DNA of 64,000 bases, from NCBI GenBank assembly GCA_963779755.1, contig CAVZZO010000001.1, forward strand, positions 480,001 through 544,000. Reading direction: 5' to 3'. This stretch comes from an uncultured Gemmatimonadales bacterium (GTDB lineage Bacteria > Gemmatimonadota > Gemmatimonadetes > Gemmatimonadales > GWC2-71-9). This document shows positions 57,732 to 64,000 of the stretch, piece after piece. A model generated the notes under the pieces. That model had not been told where the DNA came from. It did not search any database and saw nothing but the letters and a program-made list of their open reading frames with translations. A program made the translations under genes and the position numbers. Each line of letters starts with the position of its first letter. Within the stretch, counting starts at the first letter, position 1.

Positions 57732-60434
57732 ATGCCATCCGTCCAGGACCGACTGAACGTCGCGCTCGCCCATCGCTATCGGGTCGAGCAGGAATTGGGG
57801 CAGGGCGGTATGGCTACGGTCTACCTGGCGCAGGATCTCCGCCACGACCGGAAAGTCGCCATCAAGGTGCTGCGGCCAGAGCTGGCGGCCGTGATCGGGG
57901 CGGAGCGCTTCCTGCGCGAGATCAAGACCATCGCCAGCCTGCAGCATTCCCACATTCTGGGGCTGATCGATTCCGGAGAGGTGGAGGGCACGGCGTTCTA
58001 CGTCATGCCCTTCGTGGAGGGCGAGTCGCTGCGGGACCGGCTGGCACGAGAGAAGCAGCTGCCCATTGCCGACACCATCCGGATCGCCAGCGAAGTCGCG
58101 TCGGCACTGGATTATGCCCACCGGCACGGGGTGATCCACCGGGATATCAAGCCGGAGAACATCCTGCTGCATGACGGGCAGGCGCTGGTTGCCGATTTCG
58201 GCATCGCGCTGGCGGTGTCCAGTGCCGCCGGCACCCGGATGACGGAAACCGGCATGAGTCTGGGCACCCCGCACTACATGAGTCCGGAACAGGCCATGGG
58301 CGAGCGGGACATCACGGCGCGGTCGGATGTGTACGCCCTGGGGGCGATGACCTACGAAATGCTGGTGGGGGATCCGCCGTTCACCGGGCCCAGCGCCCAG
58401 GCCATCGTGGCCAAGGTGGTGACGGAAAAACCGGTGCCGCCCAGTGTGTCCCGCGACACCGTCCCCGCCAGCGTGGAAGAGGCGGTGCTGACGGCCCTCG
58501 CCAAGCTCCCCGCCGACCGGTACGCGACGGCCGCCGAGTTTGCAGCGGCACTCACCGGGCCATCATCCGGTACGAGCGGCGCCCGGCCTGCCGCCGGCCG
58601 GGCCCCAATCCGGGCCGGAAGCGCGTGGCCCTTCCGGGCGGCGGTCGCGGTGGCGCTGGTGGCGATCGTCTGCGCTGCCTGGTTCGCGGCGCGGGCTGCC
58701 AGGGAGCCGGCGGCACCGGTATCGCGGTTCGTGCTGAACCTTCCCAATCTGCGCTCCGGCGACGTCTTCTACCGGGGAAACGCCTTTGCGCTGTCGCCCG
58801 ACGGCTCCCGGCTTGCCTACGTCGGCATCGGCGCCAGCGGGGCGGTACAACTCTGGGTGCGTGACCGGGACGAGCTCACCCCCCATGCGCTGGCCGGCAC
58901 CGACGGGGCCGACGGGCCGTTTTTCTCTCCCGACGGGCGCTGGATCGGCTATTTCGCCTACGGCTCACTGTACAAGATCCCCGCCGAGGGCGGGACGGCG
59001 ATACCTCTTGCCGATTCGTCCAGCAGCAACCTCATTCCCAGCGGAACCTGGCTTCCCGATGGGCGAATCCTCTTCAACGGAGCACGGTTCGACCTGCGGG
59101 AGATTTCCGATGCCGGGGGGCCGGTGCGGGTGCTCGAAGAGGCGAACCAGCGGATGGGTCTGGGGACGGTCTTTCCCACGGCGCTGCCGCGGAAAGATGC
59201 CATCCTGATCACCGAGTGCACGAACAACTGCGCCCGGATGAACATTCTCGCGTTGAATCTGAAGACGCATGAACAGGATACTCTGCTGGCCAGTACGGCC
59301 CGGGCATGGTACCTGCCGGGCGACCGCCTGATCGCGGTGCGCCAGGACGGCACGCTGATCGGCGCCACTTTCGATCCGCGATCGCTGCGCCTCACCGGTA
59401 CCCCGGTGCCGCTCCTCGCCGGCATCCGGATGGAGTTGGGCGTGAGCCCGGAACTTGCCGTGGGCGGCGATGGCACTCTGGTGTACCTCCCCGCCGATTC
59501 CGGGGGCAGCGATGTGACCGTGGTCCGGGTGGACCGCCGGGGCACAGCGGCCGTCCTGGACCCTGCCTGGCGGGCCAATATCAACTACGTGGCGCTTTCG
59601 CCCGACGGGCGCCGGCTGGCGGCAAGCATCGTCTCGGGTGATCGGACCGATATCTGGGTGAAGCAGCTCGACGCCGGACCGCTCACCCGGCTCACCTTCC
59701 GGGGCACCCTCAATTACCGCCCGTCATGGGGCCGCGACGGCCGGGTCCTGACCTTCACCTCGGACCAGGATGGCCCCTCGTATCTCTTCTCGGTTCGGGC
59801 CGACGGCAGCAACCGGCCCCGGCGGCTCTTCGAGGGCGACACCACCCAGATCGACGAATCCTTCTACTCTCCGGACGGACAGTGGTTGGTGTACCGCGCC
59901 GGCGTCACCGACGGGGCGCGGCGGATCTACGCCCGGCGGATCGGGAGCGATACCGGCCGGGTGGCGCTCGTATCCGACGGCTTCGATGCCTACATGCCGG
60001 CGCTTTCCCCGGACGGGAAGTGGCTGGCCTATGTCTCCGTGGAGTCGGGTCACGAGGAGGTCTATGTGCGGCCCTTCCCGGACGCTGCCCGGGCGCGCTG
60101 GCAGATCTCCACCTCGGGAGGCAACAATCCCGTGTGGTCGCCCGACGGGCGGGAGCTGTTCTACCTCACGGCCGCCGACAGCCTGGCTTCGGTCGCCGTC
60201 GCCCCGGGGCCGGGCCCGGATTTCCTGGCCGGGCCGCGCCAGTCGCTCTTCTCTGTCCGCCCTTTCCTGTTTGCGCCGTTCCATCAGGCATTTTCGGTGA
60301 CTCCCGACGGGCGAAGCTTCATCATGCTTCGCCGGGTGGACGCGGGGCAGGGGAGCACCAGCTCATTGACGGTGGTCCTCAACTGGTTCCAGGAACTGGG
60401 AACCAAACTGAAAGGACTGAGAAAAAAGGACTGA
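57732..60434 (+). CDS. Ser/Thr kinase - TM - beta-propeller
   Basis: GGGGAG RBS; kinase motifs; TM AAVAVALVAIVCAAWFAA; SPDG repeats. Confidence 0.95.
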   Translation: MPSVQDRLNVALAHRYRVEQELGQGGMATVYLAQDLRHDRKVAIKVLRPELAAVIGAERFLREIKTIASLQHSHILGLIDSGEVEGTAFYVMPFVEGESLRDRLAREKQLPIADTIRIASEVASALDYAHRHGVIHRDIKPENILLHDGQALVADFGIALAVSSAAGTRMTETGMSLGTPHYMSPEQAMGERDITARSDVYALGAMTYEMLVGDPPFTGPSAQAIVAKVVTEKPVPPSVSRDTVPASVEEAVLTALAKLPADRYATAAEFAAALTGPSSGTSGARPAAGRAPIRAGSAWPFRAAVAVALVAIVCAAWFAARAAREPAAPVSRFVLNLPNLRSGDVFYRGNAFALSPDGSRLAYVGIGASGAVQLWVRDRDELTPHALAGTDGADGPFFSPDGRWIGYFAYGSLYKIPAEGGTAIPLADSSSSNLIPSGTWLPDGRILFNGARFDLREISDAGGPVRVLEEANQRMGLGTVFPTALPRKDAILITECTNNCARMNILALNLKTHEQDTLLASTARAWYLPGDRLIAVRQDGTLIGATFDPRSLRLTGTPVPLLAGIRMELGVSPELAVGGDGTLVYLPADSGGSDVTVVRVDRRGTAAVLDPAWRANINYVALSPDGRRLAASIVSGDRTDIWVKQLDAGPLTRLTFRGTLNYRPSWGRDGRVLTFTSDQDGPSYLFSVRADGSNRPRRLFEGDTTQIDESFYSPDGQWLVYRAGVTDGARRIYARRIGSDTGRVALVSDGFDAYMPALSPDGKWLAYVSVESGHEEVYVRPFPDAARARWQISTSGGNNPVWSPDGRELFYLTAADSLASVAVAPGPGPDFLAGPRQSLFSVRPFLFAPFHQAFSVTPDGRSFIMLRRVDAGQGSTSSLTVVLNWFQELGTKLKGLRKKD

Positions 60435-60643
60435 GGGAAAACTGAACCGGCGCAAGGCTTCGGCCCCTTCGGTCGCTGCGCTTCCTCAGGGTGACAGTTG
60501 TCTTGTACTTTTCACTCTGACGCCTATGCTGCCGTCCTGCGACCGAGCGGCCTCCAATAAGAGAGCCGCGAGGAAGTCCTTTAGGGCCGTCCTGCCGTCC
60601 CTTGCCACTACCTTCCAGAGTCCACCCTCACGGAGCGCCACGC

Positions 60644-60880
60644 ATGGGCTACCGCCGATTCACCGATCAGTCAGGCAATGAGTGGGAGGTCCGGGATATC
60701 ACCCGCTCGGAATGGGAGTTTCAGCCGGTTGCCGGCAACCCGGAGCGGCTGCGTTCGGTGCGCGCCCCCGGATACGAAACCGACCCGTTCGAGTTGAGCG
60801 AGGAAGAGCTGCAGAAGCTGCTGGGGGAGGGCGGGGGGGAGGGCCGGTCGAAGCCGATGAAATTCCCCTTCAAGGATTGA
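60644..60880 (+). CDS. Small hypothetical protein
   Basis: GGAG RBS; protein-like MGYRRFTDQSGNEWEVRD...ELSEEELQKLL. Confidence 0.7.
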   Translation: MGYRRFTDQSGNEWEVRDITRSEWEFQPVAGNPERLRSVRAPGYETDPFELSEEELQKLLGEGGGEGRSKPMKFPFKD

Positions 60881-60966
60881 GCCGCCGGGCCCGCGGGGGA
60901 CTGCGCGCTGGCCAGACGGGCGGCGGGCTTGTATAGTCGAAGATCTCCCCCCGCAGGAGGACCTCC

Positions 60967-61401
60967 ATGCCCGCCGTCCGCGATATCCTGGCCCGCAAGG
61001 GAAACGCCGTGATCTCCGTTGAACCGGGATCCCTGGTGCTGGAAGCCGCCCGCCTGATGAACGAGCGGGGCATCGGGAGTGTCCTGGTCATGGATGAAGA
61101 CCGCCTGGTCGGGATCTTCACCGAGCGCGACGTTCTGCGCCGGGTGGTAGCCAGCGGCCGCGATCCGCTGAGCACCGCGGTGCGGGAAGTCATGACGACC
61201 GACCTCCTGACCTGCGAGGCCGATACCGCGCTCGAGCAGGTGGCCGCCACCATGAGCGGGCGCCGCATCCGGCATCTGCCGGTACTGGAGGGAGCCCGGG
61301 TGGTGGGCGTCATGACCAGCGGCGACCTGCTGGCCTGGCAGCTGGACGACCAGGCCAGCATGATCCGGCACCTGAACAGCTACGTGTACGACGTGCGCTG
61401 A
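60967..61401 (+). CDS. Tandem CBS-domain protein
   Basis: AGGAGG RBS; IGSVLV..LVGIFTERD, IRHLPV..VVGVMTSGDL. Confidence 0.93.
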   Translation: MPAVRDILARKGNAVISVEPGSLVLEAARLMNERGIGSVLVMDEDRLVGIFTERDVLRRVVASGRDPLSTAVREVMTTDLLTCEADTALEQVAATMSGRRIRHLPVLEGARVVGVMTSGDLLAWQLDDQASMIRHLNSYVYDVR

Positions 61402-61533
61402 GCTGGGGAGACTCCCCTGGCCTCCTCGACCGCTCCGGCAGGTCGAGGGGGTCAAGGAGGTCGAGGTCGGTCGCGTCCCGTCGTCCGGGTTGGCGGGCTT
61501 CGCTCCCCAATCCTGCGGAACTCCCAACGAAGA

Positions 61534-61680
61534 AACCGCAGATTTCGCAGATAGTGTGCGCCGACCCTGTATCCTGTGATATCGTCGAGACCAGACAACT
61601 GTTGTTGCACCACTTCAGGAAGAAGCAGACCACGATCACGAACCGGAGGTCTGTCTGCGTAATCTGCGTAATCTGCGGTT
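61534..61680. repeat. MITE-like element with inverted arms of 9-bp repeats
   Basis: AACCGCAGATTTCGCAGATA ... TCTGCGTAATCTGCGTAATCTGCGGTT. Confidence 0.8.
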
Positions 61681-61753
61681 CCAGCACAGAGCCTGACCGT
61701 CCCCGAAGTCCTGACGAAGCTCCCTTCAACACAAGGAACACCCTGTGCGCCCG

Positions 61754-64000
61754 ATGCGTCTGGTGTTTGCGCTGTTTCTTGCCTCTCCCGTAGCCGCCGC
61801 CGCCCAGCAGATCCCCGCGCCGGTAGATTCCATGCTGCACCGTCTGTTCGCTTCGCGCGAATTCGCCGGCCAGCGCTTCGGGCCCGCACGCTGGATGGAC
61901 AGCGGCTCGGCCTATACGACGGTCGAGAACTCCGACTCCCTGAAGGGCGGGCGCGACATCGTTCGCTACGAGACGGCGACCGGCGAACATCGCGTGCTCG
62001 TTTCCGCTCGGGCACTGGTGCCCCCGGGAGACAGCGCGGCGCTCCGCTTCGACGATTACGTCTGGTCGCCGGACGGCGCGAAGCTCCTCCTGTTTACTAA
62101 TACAAGGAAAGTCTGGCGGCAGAATACCCGGGGCGACTACTGGGTGCTGGACCGGAAGAGCGGCACGCTCACGCAACTGGGCGGCCCCGCCGCCGAGCCC
62201 TCCACCCTGATGTATGCCAAGTTCTCGCCCCAGGGCGACCGGGTAGCCTATGTGCGGGGCGGCGATATCTACGTGGAACGGCTGGCGGACGGGAACATCA
62301 CCCGGCTTACCACGGGCGCCGACTCCCTGCACGTGAACGGCATGACCGACTGGGTCTACGAGGAAGAGTTCGGCCTGCGCGACGGATTTCGCTGGTCGCC
62401 GGACGGGCGGCGGATCGCCTTCTGGCACTTCGACATGACCGGCGTGGGCACCTTCCTGCTGATCAACGATACCGATTCGCTCTATCCTTTCACGATACCC
62501 ATCCAGTACCCCAAGTCGGGCACCACCAATTCGGCGGTGACCGCGGGAATCGTGAGCGCCGCCGGCGGCCCGGTGACCTGGCTCCAGGTACCGGGAGATC
62601 CGCGCAACGACTACCTGCCGCGGATGGACTGGGTGGACAGCGGCACCATCGTGCTGCAGCGGATCAACCGCCCGCAGAACACCGACCGGCTGATGCTGGC
62701 CGACGCCGCGACGGGCGCCACCCGGACGATCCTCACCGAGCGGGACAGCGCCTGGGTGAGCGTGGTGAACGACCTTACCTGGATCAACCACGGCCGCGAG
62801 TTCCTCTGGCCCAGTGAGCGCGACGGCTGGCGCCACATCTACCGGGTTTCCCGGGACGGCCGGCGCATGAAACTGATTACCCCCGGGGCGTTCGATGTGG
62901 TGGACGTCGCGGGGATCGACACCCGGGGCGGCTGGCTCTACTACATCGCCTCGCCGGACAACGCGACCCAGCGCTATCTGTATCGCAACCGGCTCGACGG
63001 AAAGGGGCAGGCGCGCCGGGTGACGCCTGGCGGCCTGGCCGGCACCCACGGCTACAATATCGCGCCCGATGGGAGTTGGGCGTTCCATAGTGTCTCGTCG
63101 TTCGACCGGCCGCCCACGATGGACCTGGTGCGCCTGCCGTCGCACCAGTCGGCCCGCACCCTCATCGCCAACGACTCCCTGGGGGCACGGGTGGCGCCGC
63201 TGCTGGTGCCGGGCGAGTTCTTCCGCGTAGGCCTGCCCGACAGCGCCATGCTGGACGGCTGGATGATCCGGCCGCGTGACTTCGACTCCACGAAGACCTA
63301 CCCCATCCTCATGTATGTCTACGGAGAGCCGGCGGGGCAGACGGCGCGCGACGCCTGGTTCGGTACCCAGAGGCTCTGGTACCAGATGCTGGCCGACCGG
63401 GGTTACCTGGTGGCGAGCGTGGACAACCGGGGGACGCCCTCGCCCCGCGGCCGCGACTGGCGCAAGGTGGTCTACGGGGCTGTGGGCGTGCTCTCGTCGC
63501 GGGAACAGGCCGACGCGGTGCGGGTGCTGGCGCGGACGCGACCCTACGTGGATTCGACACGGGTCGCGATCTGGGGCTGGAGCGGCGGCGGCACCAATAC
63601 CCTGAACGCCATGTTCCGCTATCCCGACGTGTACCAGGTCGGCATGGCCGTCGCCCCGGTGCCGGATCAGCGGCTCTACGATACGATTTACCAGGAACGC
63701 TACATGAATACGCCGGAGAACAATCCGGAAGGCTATCGGCAGGGCTCGGCCATCAACTTCGCCGAAGGGCTGAAGGGAAGCCTGCTGCTGGTGCACGGCT
63801 CCGGCGACGATAACGTGCACTACCAGGGCAGCGAGCGGTTGCTCAACCGGCTGATCTCGCTGAACAAACAGGTGGATTTCATGGAGTACCCCAACCGGAC
63901 GCACTGCATCTGCGAGGGCCGGGGAACGACACTGAACATCTACTCCCTGCTTACCCGCTACCTGCTCACCCACCTGCCTGCCGGCGCCCGGAGCACGAAC
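61754..64000 (+). CDS. Dipeptidyl-peptidase IV-like S9B serine peptidase (runs off the window; missing from the ORF track)
   Basis: My translation: signal MRLVFALFLASPVAAA; NGMTDWVYEEEF; GWSGGG; LLLVHGSGDDNVHYQ; YPNRTH; no stop before the window end. Confidence 0.92.
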   Translation, partial: MRLVFALFLASPVAAAAQQIPAPVDSMLHRLFASREFAGQRFGPARWMDSGSAYTTVENSDSLKGGRDIVRYETATGEHRVLVSARALVPPGDSAALRFDDYVWSPDGAKLLLFTNTRKVWRQNTRGDYWVLDRKSGTLTQLGGPAAEPSTLMYAKFSPQGDRVAYVRGGDIYVERLADGNITRLTTGADSLHVNGMTDWVYEEEFGLRDGFRWSPDGRRIAFWHFDMTGVGTFLLINDTDSLYPFTIPIQYPKSGTTNSAVTAGIVSAAGGPVTWLQVPGDPRNDYLPRMDWVDSGTIVLQRINRPQNTDRLMLADAATGATRTILTERDSAWVSVVNDLTWINHGREFLWPSERDGWRHIYRVSRDGRRMKLITPGAFDVVDVAGIDTRGGWLYYIASPDNATQRYLYRNRLDGKGQARRVTPGGLAGTHGYNIAPDGSWAFHSVSSFDRPPTMDLVRLPSHQSARTLIANDSLGARVAPLLVPGEFFRVGLPDSAMLDGWMIRPRDFDSTKTYPILMYVYGEPAGQTARDAWFGTQRLWYQMLADRGYLVASVDNRGTPSPRGRDWRKVVYGAVGVLSSREQADAVRVLARTRPYVDSTRVAIWGWSGGGTNTLNAMFRYPDVYQVGMAVAPVPDQRLYDTIYQERYMNTPENNPEGYRQGSAINFAEGLKGSLLLVHGSGDDNVHYQGSERLLNRLISLNKQVDFMEYPNRTHCICEGRGTTLNIYSLLTRYLLTHLPAGARSTN

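Noticed and set aside
839..63973. Long antisense and alternate-frame ORFs (e.g. 20652-23420, 32722-34842, 61310-63973)
   Set aside because: Shadow frames of GC-rich genes; the opposite strand carries recognisable motifs. 61310-63973 shadows the DPP IV gene
1..64000. tRNA, rRNA or prophage genes
   Set aside because: No cloverleaf, rRNA-like or phage hallmark sequence seen by eye; a covariance-model scan was not possible

Overview
GC-rich bacterial DNA, probably Gemmatimonadota (inferred from gene style, not tested), dominated by two paralogous gene arrays. (1) Nine complete and one 5'-truncated Hanks-type Ser/Thr kinase genes with the layout kinase - TM helix - TolB/PD40-like beta-propeller. 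Their kinase halves are very similar and their propellers are divergent. Orphan gene-end fragments lie between them. One further kinase has a TolB-N/TPR tail. (2) Five minus-strand copies of a ~1000-aa lipoprotein S8 (subtilase) gene, each behind the same TTGACA-N16-TAGGCT promoter. Their N- and C-terminal regions are nearly identical, but the central propeptide/catalytic segment differs in every copy and is visibly more AT-rich. One copy is intact, one has an in-frame deletion, and three are broken (IS256 with 8-bp target duplication, frameshifts, truncation). Short 7-, 8- and 9-bp tandem-repeat families mark gene junctions and have entered coding sequence, including a kinase catalytic domain and a lipoprotein signal peptide. 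The window also holds two deletion chimeras (hybrid two-component sensor::AraC tail, multicopper oxidase::unknown domain), a TetR-regulated unit, glycan-related genes (GH29, CBM9-like, GHL10-like, DUF5916-like), an amidohydrolase, CGNR and CBS proteins, and a 3'-truncated DPP IV-like peptidase. I saw no rRNA, tRNA, CRISPR array or reverse transcriptase.
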